DNA of 64,000 bases. It comes from an uncultured Gammaproteobacteria bacterium. GTDB taxonomy: Bacteria > Pseudomonadota > Gammaproteobacteria > JABCZS01. Below are positions 19,342-29,324 of the stretch, in pieces. The notes beneath the pieces were generated by a model. It saw only the letters and a program-made list of their open reading frames with translations. It did no database searches and was not told the DNA's origin. The translations under genes and the position numbers were made by a program. Numbering within the stretch: the stretch's first letter is position 1; each line of letters starts with the position of its first letter. The stretch lies in NCBI GenBank assembly GCA_963848305.1, contig CAWKDC010000001.1, forward strand, positions 1,056,001 through 1,120,000. Reading direction: 5' to 3'.

Positions 19342-21200
19342 TTATTTCTTATCTTCCTCGTCCTTTTCCTCTTCTTCGAGGAAACTGCGGAGCAGCTCAG
19401 CGCGAGAAGGATGACGAAGCTTACGCAGGGCTTTAGCCTCAATTTGACGAATACGCTCGCGCGTCACGTCGAATTGTTTACCGACTTCTTCCAACGTATG
19501 ATCGGTATTCATTTCAATACCGAAACGCATACGCAACACTTTAGCTTCACGGGCTGTCAGCGTAGACATCATGTACGCCATGGCTTCTTGCAAACCCTTT
19601 TGCGTCGCGATTTCGAGCGGTGAATAAATATTCGTGTCTTCAATAAAATCGCCCAAAGAGGAATCGTCATCGTCACCCACAGGGGTTTCCATGGAGATGG
19701 GCTCTTTGGCAATTTTCATGATTTTACGAATTTTATCTTCGCTCAATTCCATACGCACTGCCAATTCTTCTGGCGTGGCTTCACGGCCCATTTCCTGCAG
19801 CATTTGACGTGAAATACGATTCAGTTTATTGATCGTTTCAATCATATGAACAGGGATACGGATCGTGCGCGCTTGATCGGCAATTGAACGTGTGATGGCC
19901 TGACGGATCCACCAGGTCGCGTACGTCGAGAATTTATACCCACGGCGATGTTCAAATTTATCCACGGCTTTCATCAAACCGATATTGCCTTCTTGAATCA
20001 AATCCAAGAATTGCAAACCACGGTTCGTGTACTTCTTCGCAATGGAAATCACCAGACGCAAGTTCGCTTCCACCATTTCTTTTTTCGCACGGCGCGCTTT
20101 CGTTTCAGCCGAGGAAATAGCGCGATTCAATTCTTTGATCGCTGCAATGGTTAACTTGTGTTGCGATTCGAGTGCAGCCAACTTTTGCTGCGCTTCAAGG
20201 ATCGCCGGTTTTTTCGCAAGCAGTGCTTCTGCTTTTGATTTCACCGCTTTCTCTTTGGCAAACTCATCTACCCAATTCATATTGGTTTCATTGCCAGGGA
20301 AAGATGCGATGAAAGCATCGCGATCAATTCTCGCTTCCTTCACGCAGATTTTCATGATCGCACGTTCTTGCGCACGGATGGCATCAACCATGTCACGCAC
20401 CACGCCAATCACGTCATCAAATTGTTTCGGCACCAGTTTCGCAGTTTCAAGCACATTCGCCATTTCCAAGAATAACACTTGCGTGCGTGGATCATCAAAA
20501 CCATAAGTTTCCCAAGTTTTGAGATATTCTGGATACAATGTTTGAACAACCGCAAAACGTTTTTGCGTTTCGAGTGGATCGGGCCGGCGTCGGCTTCGTC
20601 CGTCACCACAGCGCCTGCAGATTCCTCTTCATCATCCGCCGCCAAATCAATTTCTTCAGCACCCACTGCTTCTGGCGCGACAACAGGATGATCAGCAGAG
20701 ACATCGATAAAGCCAATCAAGAAATCAACCAAACGCGATTCACCTGATTGAACTTTCACAAATTGCTCGAGCAAATATCCCACCAATGGAGGATAACTTG
20801 CCACGAGACGCATGACTTCTCGAATGCCTTCTTCAATGCGAATGGCAATGACAATTTCACCTTCGCGGGTTAAGAGTTCCACAGAACCCATTTCGCGCAT
20901 GTACATTCGAACAGGGTCCGTTGTGCGACCCAATTCATTCAAAGCAGCCAGCGCTGCCGCCGCTTCTTCTTCCACTTCTTCATCATTGGCGACTTGCGGG
21001 TCGGCCAATAAAGCTTCGTCCTCCGCTGGCGCTTCCTCAACAACAGGAATGTGCAAGTCTTCGGACAGGGTTAACATCAAGTCTTCCAACTGCTCGGTAT
21101 CTGCATCGGGCAAGTAATCGTTTAACTGCTCTATTGTCAAATATCTTTGCTCTTTCCCTAGCGCAATCAATAATTTAAACTTTTCTTCCTCAATCTTCAT
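19342..21200 (-). CDS. rpoD: RNA polymerase sigma factor RpoD (apparent frameshift at ~20582)
   Basis: [52 protein letters not shown]. Adding one base to the G run at 20581-20583 restores the conserved GPDP motif. Confidence 0.97.
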
Positions 21201-21267
21201 ATCTACCTACTTCGTGAACAGTGCCCATATTATAAGAGAACGTATAGACGCCCCCTCAGTCTTTTGG

Positions 21268-21340
21268 ATTGAACTTTTGTGCATGTGCTTACCCGAAGCC
21301 ACACCAATGGGTAAGACCGCACTTTTTATAAAAGTTCAAT
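21268..21340 (-). promoter_or_regulatory. Long nested hairpin in the dnaG-rpoD spacer
   Basis: ATTGAACTTTT/AAAAGTTCAAT outer stem with GTGC/GCAC and CTTACCC/GGGTAAG inner stems. Confidence 0.55.
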
Positions 21341-21346
21341 GTATTT

Positions 21347-23071
21347 TCAGGTTTGGTCTGTACTGGTGAGAAAATCTCGGATTTGCTGTCGCTCGCTGTC
21401 CGTCAGCCCATGGAAACCCACGGCCTTGGCCCTTTCGTGAAGTGTCGTCATCTCTATCTCCCTCAATCTCTTACCCAACTGACCTAGAATACCTTTAAAT
21501 TCTTCTTCTGCTTCTTTTTCTGTCAACACTGAGGGTATAGCGGCAAGTTCGGCTAAATATTTAGCTTCACTTTCATCATGCCACACTGCTAACAACTGCC
21601 CTGTGTTGTTTGCGCCATTTTTCTTCATAGACTGTGCCAATTCAACCAATAAAGTCACTTGCGGATCATTGAGGGTGAGAAGCACATCCTGTGCATCCAT
21701 CCAACGAACCAAAGCGGGTTGCTTGAGCAACATTCCGATAGCGCGTTCATATAACGTTTGTTTGCGCGATGTTTTGTTTAGTACCGTTTCCTCTTTCGCA
21801 ACATGCAATGTTGTGCGAAGTGTTCCGACATCTAAACGTGTGTATCGCGCTAACTCATCTAACAACAAACTTCTGTATACATCACTGCTCATTTTATCAA
21901 GATACGGTTTTGCTAATTCAGCAAGACGCGCTCTTCCATCTAAGCTACTAATCTCGACTTCACTGAGAAGATGTTCAATGATCATAGACGACAAATGTTC
22001 AGATTGTGCAAGTCTTTTTAAAAATTTTTCTTTCCCTTCTGATCTGATTAAGCTATCTGGATCGTGTTCAGTCGGTAAAAATAAAAATTTTATTTGTCTC
22101 CCTTGCGAAACCATCGGCAATGCGTGCTCCAATGCACGCAATGCAGCATTGCGTCCAGCCTTATCACCATCAAAACAAATCACAACTTCGGACGTGACTT
22201 GATACAACAACGATAAGTGTTGTGGTGTCAATGCAGTGCCCAATGTCGCCACTACATTAGACACCCCATGCTGCGCTAATGCAATAACATCCATGTAGCC
22301 TTCGACCACAATGATGGTAGGACATTTCTGATTTATTTGTAAGCATTCGTACAGTCCGTAAAGTTGACCACCTTTATGAAATAAAGCCGTTTCGGGAGAA
22401 TTTAAATATTTCGGTTCACCTTGGTCCAAAATACGACCACCAAATGCAATCACACGTCCGCGTTTGTCACGTATTGGAAACATGATTCTGTCGCGGAAGC
22501 GATCATATTTTTTGCCATCTTCTTTTTGTGTGATCATACCGGTTTGTAATAAATCGTCGTGATCTTTTGGAAAGTGACGCAACACATTATCCCAACCTGC
22601 GGGTGCGTATCCTACACGAAAACGTTTGCAGATTTGTCCTGTCAATCCGCGTTTTTTTAAATATTGAATCGCACGATCAGAGTCTTTTAACTGCTTTTCA
22701 TAATACGTAGCAACTTGGTCAAGTAGCGTATAAAAATGTGTCGTGGCAATCGCTTTAGAAGGTTCTGCATTGCCTTCGCGTGGAACAGGAATACCTGCTG
22801 TTGTGGCGAGTGTTTCAATCGCTTCTACAAAAGATAAATGTCCGTGATTCATTAAAAAACGAATTGCATCACCACTTGCACCACAACCGAAGCAATAATA
22901 AAATTGTTTTTGCGGACTGACTGTGAATGAAGGCGATTTTTCTTGGTGAAATGGACAACATGCAGAAAATTCGCGGCCTTGTTTTTTAAGAGGAACGTAT
23001 TGACTGATGACATCGACAATGTCAATGCGGGAAAGGAGTTCGGGGATGAAGGTGTCGGGGATGCGGGACAT
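21347..23071 (-). CDS. dnaG: DNA primase
   Basis: CPFH..KSPSF..CFGC zinc finger, KYLNSPET, VEGYMDV, FDGD TOPRIM motifs. Confidence 0.98.
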   Translation of the reverse strand: MSRIPDTFIPELLSRIDIVDVISQYVPLKKQGREFSACCPFHQEKSPSFTVSPQKQFYYCFGCGASGDAIRFLMNHGHLSFVEAIETLATTAGIPVPREGNAEPSKAIATTHFYTLLDQVATYYEKQLKDSDRAIQYLKKRGLTGQICKRFRVGYAPAGWDNVLRHFPKDHDDLLQTGMITQKEDGKKYDRFRDRIMFPIRDKRGRVIAFGGRILDQGEPKYLNSPETALFHKGGQLYGLYECLQINQKCPTIIVVEGYMDVIALAQHGVSNVVATLGTALTPQHLSLLYQVTSEVVICFDGDKAGRNAALRALEHALPMVSQGRQIKFLFLPTEHDPDSLIRSEGKEKFLKRLAQSEHLSSMIIEHLLSEVEISSLDGRARLAELAKPYLDKMSSDVYRSLLLDELARYTRLDVGTLRTTLHVAKEETVLNKTSRKQTLYERAIGMLLKQPALVRWMDAQDVLLTLNDPQVTLLVELAQSMKKNGANNTGQLLAVWHDESEAKYLAELAAIPSVLTEKEAEEEFKGILGQLGKRLREIEMTTLHERAKAVGFHGLTDSERQQIRDFLTSTDQT

Positions 23072-23135
23072 TTCATTCTCCTTGAAAAGGTGGCAGCCAT
23101 GTCGGTAGATTGATAGGCTCTTTCGAGCCCATCAA

Positions 23136-23160
23136 GGGTGCAGCATGCTGCACCCCTACA
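23136..23160. repeat. GTAG-family REP-like palindrome (representative; relatives near 19102, 31691, 42478, 45304, 49648, 51301, 59543, 63922-63969)
   Basis: GGGTGCAGCATGCTGCACCCCTACA hairpin with a GTAG foot on the minus strand. Confidence 0.75.
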
Positions 23161-23602
23161 ATAGGTTTTTCACCATCTCTCCGACAGGACCCATCTCTGC
23201 ACGGCCAGCCAGCTTGGGCTTTAAAATCGCCATGACGCGGCCCATGTCTTTAACACTGGTGGCACCTGATTCAGCAATAGCCGCAGCTACAAGGGCTTTT
23301 AATTCGTCAGGAGAGAGCTGCTCAGGCAAATAGACTTGCAGCAGGGTTAATTCGGCGCGCTCTTTGTCTGCCAAGTCTTGGCGAGCGGCAGCATCGTATT
23401 GTGCGATAGATTCACGGCGTTGCTTCACCATCTTTTCGATGATGGCAACGATCTGGGCGTCATCGAGCAGAATGCGCTCGTCGACTTCCCGTTGCTTCAC
23501 GGCCGCCAAGATGAGGCGAATGGTTTGAAGGCGTTCTTTCTCAGCCGCCTTCATCGCCGTTTTCATGTCATCTTGCAAGCGAACCTTTAAGGTTTGACTC
23601 AC
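23156..23602 (-). CDS. GatB/YqeY domain protein
   Basis: DMKTAMKA.EK.RL..IR, KQRRESI.QY, YLPEQLS, KDMGRVM; between rpsU and dnaG. Confidence 0.95.
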   Translation of the reverse strand: MSQTLKVRLQDDMKTAMKAAEKERLQTIRLILAAVKQREVDERILLDDAQIVAIIEKMVKQRRESIAQYDAAARQDLADKERAELTLLQVYLPEQLSPDELKALVAAAIAESGATSVKDMGRVMAILKPKLAGRAEMGPVGEMVKNLL

Positions 23603-23605
23603 AGG

Positions 23606-23885
23606 TTAATCCTTGTCAATGAAACTACCCAAACCACCGCAACCACCGACGCCACCTTTATGATGTTCGCGACCGTTGAGCAATTGCTTGATTTCTCTGG
23701 ATATTTTCTTATGTAGGCGTTTAACAGCCATCTGTTTCGGCCCGGCGACGGGTCTCAGATCTCGTTTGAAAACCTTGCGCGCGGCGACGTGCATTGGCTG
23801 CACGGCCTGATTTATCACAGTACCGTCTGAAACGGCGTAAGAGAGACTCGACTGTTTCATGTTCTCGAGCTTTAATACCCTCCAT
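23606..23885 (-). CDS. rpsU: 30S ribosomal protein S21, divergent, apparent one-base insertion at ~23740
   Basis: MEGIKAREHETVESLLRRFRRYCDKSG... joins AKQMAVKRLHKKISRE after removing one base; GGAGG RBS; canonical position upstream of yqeY-dnaG. Confidence 0.85.
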
Positions 23886-23996
23886 AAGGAACACCTCCAC
23901 CTATTTAGTTTGATATATACGTAACAGCTGTTTAACACAGCTGCCGTAGTATATATGCATTGTAGCGTTTGGGCAAGGGGGTTTAGCGCCCCCAAC

Positions 23997-24031
23997 AAGA
24001 ATGCCGCCCCCATGAAAGGAGCGGCATTCTT
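23997..24031 (-). terminator. Intrinsic terminator after the second OMP paralog
   Basis: AAGAATGCCGC...GCGGCATTCTT stem-loop. Confidence 0.7.
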
Positions 24032-24048
24032 AATTAAACACAATGCGA

Positions 24049-25020
24049 TTAGAACTTGTAGGACAGAGTTGCCACGATGGTGCTTGTGCTGGAGCTCAAA
24101 TCTTGAGCGTGGTCAGCATATTCCAGATGGAGATTCGTGCCCATATCGTCAGAAACGGGGTAATTTGAATCTACGAACAGATGGTTCCCGCCGTTAGCCA
24201 AGGAGTCCAAATCGCCATAATGGGTGTAAGCGTATTCTAACCCCAGGAAAAAATGCTCGGACAACGCTTGGCGGATACCCACACCAGCAGTCACACCCAA
24301 TTGGTATTTGGAATTACTGCTAGAATCGGTCAATGTGGCATCCCAAGCATTATTGCAGCTCACAAGATTTACGCAATTCGTGTCAGTGAGCCCGTTATTG
24401 TTGTATGTGCTGTTCAATGTGCTTTCGAAGTTACCCCAACGTGAACCGACCAATGCATAGATCAAGGTGTTGTGACGCACTACAAACCCGGCCTTGAACA
24501 GGAGGGCAAAATCGTTTTCTAACTCAACGTTTAACGTGCTCGAGACATTAGTATAGTTGTCGAAATAAGCCATATCATCGGTCGTGAAAGCATGATCAAA
24601 CGTGTTCAACGTATTGTTGAACTCCACATTGTTAAAGCCCGCTATCGCGGCAAGACCTAACAGAAAACCATTATGGAATTGGTAAGCATATTCAATACCT
24701 ACCGAGCCGGCGATATTGGCTTCAGCCAATTCCAACTTGTCAGACAAGGTCTCATTGTTTTCAGCAGTGAAACCATAACCAGGGGGCGTGAGAGTTGCCC
24801 CATCTCCAGCAGCGCTTTGGCCAGTGAAATTTTGAGTTGCATCCAACTGCGCAGTAATACCGCCGAGAGCACCCGTGATGCTAAAGCCGTTGAAAAGGCG
24901 TGGGGCAGCGTGGTGTTGAGGGCGCCCTTCGTGCTTGTAAGCAGGCGTATTCATGCCGCCCGCAAAAGCCACATTGGCCAATACGATGGGCGATAAACAG
25001 AGTAGTGCAAGTTTCTTCAT
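24049..25020 (-). CDS. Outer-membrane beta-barrel protein (paralog 2)
   Basis: Signal peptide, GLEYAYTHYG, C-terminal ATLSYKF. Confidence 0.85.
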   Translation of the reverse strand: MKKLALLCLSPIVLANVAFAGGMNTPAYKHEGRPQHHAAPRLFNGFSITGALGGITAQLDATQNFTGQSAAGDGATLTPPGYGFTAENNETLSDKLELAEANIAGSVGIEYAYQFHNGFLLGLAAIAGFNNVEFNNTLNTFDHAFTTDDMAYFDNYTNVSSTLNVELENDFALLFKAGFVVRHNTLIYALVGSRWGNFESTLNSTYNNNGLTDTNCVNLVSCNNAWDATLTDSSSNSKYQLGVTAGVGIRQALSEHFFLGLEYAYTHYGDLDSLANGGNHLFVDSNYPVSDDMGTNLHLEYADHAQDLSSSTSTIVATLSYKF

Positions 25021-25110
25021 GGTCTCATCCTTGAGTTAATGAATAAGGGAACAACGATAATACCGTTGATTGTATCCATCATAGATCAACCTGGCGAAAA
25101 ATGCTAACAA

Positions 25111-25145
25111 AAAATGCCGCCCCTTGTGAAGGAAGCGGCATTCTT
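25111..25145 (-). terminator. Intrinsic terminator duplicated with the OMP gene
   Basis: AATGCCGC...GCGGCATT stem followed by a T-tract on the minus strand; similar to 23997-24031. Confidence 0.7.
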
Positions 25146-25165
25146 ATTTGAGCCAAACGATGTGA

Positions 25166-26113
25166 TTAGAACTTGTAGGATAAAGTCGCCATCACGGTGT
25201 TGGTTCTAGAAGCGAGATCTTGAGCGGCAGCAGAGAAAGCCACTCTTGATGTAATTGCTTCACCACCATGCGCAGGATTAGTAAAAAACTCAGGACCTGC
25301 AGTATTCAACAGCTCATCTAAATCACCATAGTGGGTGTAAGCATATTCCAAGCCCAGCATGACATGATCTGCAATCACTTGACGTATACCCACACCAGCG
25401 GTGATACCCACTTGGTATTTGGAATTGCTGGCTGAGTCAGTTAATGTGCCATTCCAGCCGCTGTCACAATCGTCTGGGCTGTCGCAATCAATGCCCCCAT
25501 TGTTATTGTAACTGCTGCTCAACGTGGTATGGAAATTACCCCAACGTGGGCCGACCAAGGCATAAATCAACGTGTTTTCACGTACTACAAAGCCAGGTTT
25601 GAACAGGATAGCAAAATCATTGTCCAGCTTGGCTTTCAATGTAACATCTGCATTGTTGTAATTAATGTAATTAGTATCTTCGTCATTCAGATAAGTGAAG
25701 TCGGATGTTGTCACAGTATTATCGACATCCACATAGTTAAAGCCTGCGGTAGCCGCAATACCCATCAGAAAACCATTGTGGAATTGGAAAGCATATTCAA
25801 TACCGACTAAGCCAGCCACGTTGGTTTCGGTCAACTCCAAATTATCAGAAGAAGTGAGGCTACTGAAAATATCGGTACCTTCGATACTCATGACTTCTGT
25901 TTCACTGCGGCCCAATACGTTTTGAGCGGCATCCACTTCAGCCGCAATCCCGCCGACAGCACCCGTGATGCTGAAGCCGTTAAAATAGCGTGGGGCTGTG
26001 TGATGATGGTGAGGACGTGCTTCGTGCTTGTAAGCAGGTGTGTTCATGCCGCCAGCAAATGCAACATTGGCGAGCACAAGGGGAGAAATACATAAGAGTG
26101 TCAATCTTTTCAT
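25166..26113 (-). CDS. Outer-membrane beta-barrel protein (paralog 1)
   Basis: Shares GGMNTPAYKHE, FNGFSITGA, GIEYA.QFHNGF and ATLSYKF with 24049..25020. Confidence 0.85.
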   Translation of the reverse strand: MKRLTLLCISPLVLANVAFAGGMNTPAYKHEARPHHHHTAPRYFNGFSITGAVGGIAAEVDAAQNVLGRSETEVMSIEGTDIFSSLTSSDNLELTETNVAGLVGIEYAFQFHNGFLMGIAATAGFNYVDVDNTVTTSDFTYLNDEDTNYINYNNADVTLKAKLDNDFAILFKPGFVVRENTLIYALVGPRWGNFHTTLSSSYNNNGGIDCDSPDDCDSGWNGTLTDSASNSKYQVGITAGVGIRQVIADHVMLGLEYAYTHYGDLDELLNTAGPEFFTNPAHGGEAITSRVAFSAAAQDLASRTNTVMATLSYKF

Positions 26114-26189
26114 GGTGTGTTCCTTTAATCTAAGTGTATAGGGGAAACAACGATAAAACTGTTGATTCTATGTTAGCTTAGTTAAGGAA

Positions 26190-27185
26190 TTATAAAAGAT
26201 CCAGTGACCAGCGTGGTTTGACGTCTATGGCTAAATCAGATCGCTGCCCTCGCATCAAGCGCTGGCAACCGGCGAAGGCAATCATGGCGCCATTGTCTGT
26301 GCAAAACTCTTGGCGCGGGTAAAAGATCTCAACCCCGCGTTCTCGCCCCATGCGGTCAAACACTTCCCGCAGGTAGGTATTCGCACTCACCCCGCCCGAC
26401 ACCACCAACTGAGGATAGTGCCCTTCATCAAGCGCCCGCTCGCATTTAATCCGCAAGGTATTGACAATGGCTTCTTCAAAAGCTGCAGCAATATCCGCTT
26501 TGGCATCGGGATGTTGTGTGAAGGTATTCAGCGCAAATGTTTTTAAGCCGCTGAAGCTGAAGTCTAGCCCAGGGCGATCAGTCATGGGACGAGGGAAACG
26601 AAAACGGTGGCGATTCCCTGTAAGCGCCAATTTGGCTAAGGCAGGACCGCCGGGATATCCCAACCCCAAAATTTTGGCGGTTTTATCGAACGCTTCGCCA
26701 GCGGCATCATCAACCGATTCGCCCAGCACACGGTATTGCCCAAACGCTTGAACATCGATCAGCATGGTGTGGCCACCGGAAACGAGCAAGGCTAAAAATG
26801 GATAACTGGGTTGCTGCTCTTCGAGAAAAGGTGCGAGCAAATGCCCTTCCATATGATGCACGCCAATCGCCGGCACATTCCATGCGTACGCCAATGAACG
26901 CCCCAATGAAGCGCCAACCAATAATGCCCCGACCAAACCGGGCCCCATGGTGTAAGCAACGCCATCGATCTCATTTGCCTTTAAGCCTGCTTGGGCAAGC
27001 ACCCGTTCAATGATAGGCAATATTTTTTGGATATGATCGCGCGATGCCAGTTCCGGCACGACGCCGCCATATTCGGCATGCAGCGCGACTTGGCTGTACA
27101 ATTCATGCGCCAATAAACCACGCTCTGAATCAACAATGGCAATGCCTGTTTCATCACAGGAAGTTTCTATCCCCAATACCTTCAA
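26190..27185 (-). CDS. tsaD: tRNA N6-adenosine threonylcarbamoyltransferase
   Basis: [44 protein letters not shown]. Confidence 0.98.
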   Translation of the reverse strand: MKVLGIETSCDETGIAIVDSERGLLAHELYSQVALHAEYGGVVPELASRDHIQKILPIIERVLAQAGLKANEIDGVAYTMGPGLVGALLVGASLGRSLAYAWNVPAIGVHHMEGHLLAPFLEEQQPSYPFLALLVSGGHTMLIDVQAFGQYRVLGESVDDAAGEAFDKTAKILGLGYPGGPALAKLALTGNRHRFRFPRPMTDRPGLDFSFSGLKTFALNTFTQHPDAKADIAAAFEEAIVNTLRIKCERALDEGHYPQLVVSGGVSANTYLREVFDRMGRERGVEIFYPRQEFCTDNGAMIAFAGCQRLMRGQRSDLAIDVKPRWSLDLL

Positions 27186-27767
27186 TTACTTCGCTCCCAT
27201 TTTGGATTCAGTGCCCAAAAGCAACCGTTTGATATTCTCACGGTGACGATAAAGCAAGATAGCAGACATCATAAACCAAGGCAATGCGGCCAGGGGTTGA
27301 AGGATAAATGCAACGGCAGGCACGACCAAGGCCATCATCATGGCGGATAAAGAAGAGTAGCGGGTGATCGCAGCGGTGATCAACCAAATCCCAATCCCGC
27401 CTAAAGCAAGCCAGGGATTCGCGGCCAATAATGCACCTATATAGGTGGCAACGCCCTTTCCTCCTTTGAATTCAAAAAAGAGGGGGTAAACATGACCCAA
27501 AAAGACGCACAATGCCGTGAGGCCAATCATCAAGGGACTTCCGCCCCATATGGCCACAGGCAACACGGCCAGAACGCCTTTCAAGGCATCCCCGAATAAC
27601 ACCAGTGCGGCGAGCTTTTTGCCACCGAAACGCAAAACATTGGTGGCGCCAGGGTTTCCAGAGCCCTGTGAACGCGGATCTGGTAAACCGGCCAGTTTAC
27701 AGAGTATAATGGCGCTCGAGACCGAGCCGAGCAGGTAGGCAATGATAAACCAGACAATATAAAGCAT
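27186..27767 (-). CDS. plsY: Glycerol-3-phosphate acyltransferase
   Basis: YLLGS, GSGNPGATNVLR, FKGGKGVAT, RHRENI.RL. Confidence 0.97.
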   Translation of the reverse strand: MLYIVWFIIAYLLGSVSSAIILCKLAGLPDPRSQGSGNPGATNVLRFGGKKLAALVLFGDALKGVLAVLPVAIWGGSPLMIGLTALCVFLGHVYPLFFEFKGGKGVATYIGALLAANPWLALGGIGIWLITAAITRYSSLSAMMMALVVPAVAFILQPLAALPWFMMSAILLYRHRENIKRLLLGTESKMGAK

Positions 27768-27811
27768 AGGGTCACCTTTCGATATTGCAGACATTTTAGC
27801 GGGTTTTTAGC

Positions 27812-28165
27812 ATGGATACTATCATTATCAAACAATTGAAGGTTCACACCGTGATCGGCGTGTTTCCGATTGAGCGTCAAATCCAGCAAACCTTGCTGCT
27901 GGATCTGGAATTGGCGACTGATGCGGCCCTGATCGCCACCACAGATTCTTTGGTCCATGCGGTTGATTATGCCGCCGTTTCTCTTTTTATAGCACAATTT
28001 GCTTCGACTCATCATTTTCACATGATCGAAACATTTGCACAGCGCTTGAGTGAAGCGCTCTCTGCGCAATTTAAAATACGCCGACAAATCATCACGGTAT
28101 ATAAGACCGGCGCGGTATTAAGCGCGCAAACAGTGGGCATTCGCATTCAGCGAGGGGAAATATAA
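27812..28165 (+). CDS. folB: Dihydroneopterin aldolase
   Basis: IGV...ER...Q.L..D, VDY, IE..A motifs; divergent from plsY as usual. Confidence 0.92.
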   Translation: MDTIIIKQLKVHTVIGVFPIERQIQQTLLLDLELATDAALIATTDSLVHAVDYAAVSLFIAQFASTHHFHMIETFAQRLSEALSAQFKIRRQIITVYKTGAVLSAQTVGIRIQRGEI

Positions 28166-29041
28166 ATGGATGTGATCAATGTCGGCTCTCTCAATTTAGA
28201 TTTTGTGTATCGCGTGGATCATTTCGCCCTGCCCGGTGAAACACAAAGTGCACGTCAATTTGATGTCCACATGGGTGGAAAAGGATTGAATCAATCCATT
28301 GCACTGTCCCGCGCGGGCTTGAAAGTCGCGCATGTGGGCGCGATTGGTAGCGATGGAGAAGCGTTGCGCAACACGCTGAAACAAGATAATGTCGATATTA
28401 CATTTGTGCGCCATTCTGAAAAACGCAGCGGGCATGCAATCATTCAAGTCGTGAGCAGTGGACAAAATGCGATCATCATTGAAGGTGGCGCCAATCATGA
28501 TTTAAGCGCCGAACAACTCGAAGAAGCGCTCAATCATTTTCGGCCGAAAGCATTGGTATTGCAAAACGAAACGAATATCATCAACGACACATTATTGCTC
28601 GCGAAACAACGCGGTTTGAAAATCTTTTACAATCCTGCTCCGCTATTGCCTGAGACAAATCATTTCGCATTAGAGGTCGTGGATGTCTTGATTGTAAATG
28701 AAATAGAAGCACAAGGGTTGTGTGGTAATGGTGCGCCTGAAGAGCAACTCAAACTATTACGCGAACGTTGCCACCCTGATATATTGTGCGTATTAACATT
28801 GGGTGCGCAAGGCGTGTGGATATTGCAGGATCGCGAGCCGGCGCATTTTCCCGCCTTTCCCGTTGAACGCGTGGTCGATACCACTGCGGCGGGCGATACC
28901 TTTATCGGCTTTTTCATGGCTGGGTTATTGCGTGCATTATCGGTCGAAGAAGCGGTTTTGCAGGGCATGCGCGCCGCCAGCATCTGCATCACCCGCGAAG
29001 GTGCCGCGGCGTCGATCCCGCATGATATTGTCACTTTTTGA
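28166..29041 (+). CDS. rbsK: Ribokinase (PfkB family)
   Basis: GSLNLD, GGKGLNQ, NEIE, DTTAAGDTF. Confidence 0.88.
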   Translation: MDVINVGSLNLDFVYRVDHFALPGETQSARQFDVHMGGKGLNQSIALSRAGLKVAHVGAIGSDGEALRNTLKQDNVDITFVRHSEKRSGHAIIQVVSSGQNAIIIEGGANHDLSAEQLEEALNHFRPKALVLQNETNIINDTLLLAKQRGLKIFYNPAPLLPETNHFALEVVDVLIVNEIEAQGLCGNGAPEEQLKLLRERCHPDILCVLTLGAQGVWILQDREPAHFPAFPVERVVDTTAAGDTFIGFFMAGLLRALSVEEAVLQGMRAASICITREGAAASIPHDIVTF

Positions 29042-29093
29042 CGATATTGTGCGAGAATGTTGGCATTGCAGCCATTTTACAAAATAATCAATT

Positions 29094-29319
29094 AGGCCGC
29101 AGGCCTGATAGTTTTTAGCCCAGGGTGAGGTGCGCGCAGCGCACCGTAACCCTGGGTAATATTATGGCACAAGATATCAAGCGCTGAAGGCGCGTGACTT
29201 TGATTGAAATTTTTTCTTTCGCACTTTCAGTGCTCAACGCATTCTCTCATACATTTCCCAGGGTTACGGCGCGCTGCGCGCACCTCACCCTGGGCTAGCA
29301 GCTTTAAGGCCTCCGGCCT
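29094..29319. repeat. REPIN/MITE-like inverted-repeat element
   Basis: TAGCCCAGGGTGAGGTGCGCGCAGCGCACCGTAACCCTGGG (29116-29156) is inverted at 29257-29297, with additional paired flanks. Confidence 0.85.
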
Positions 29320-29324
29320 TCTGA

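Noticed and set aside
19107-19442. ORF with NAWMG.THP repeats
   Set aside because: Translation of the 42-bp DNA repeat overlapping the rpoD end; no independent start signal.
20409-21200. Naturally split sigma70 or programmed frameshift
   Set aside because: A single missing base in a short homopolymer explains it and similar defects occur in other conserved genes.
23606-24043. 145-aa ORF as listed in the track
   Set aside because: Its 5' part crosses a terminator; the real gene is rpsU starting at 23885 in another frame.
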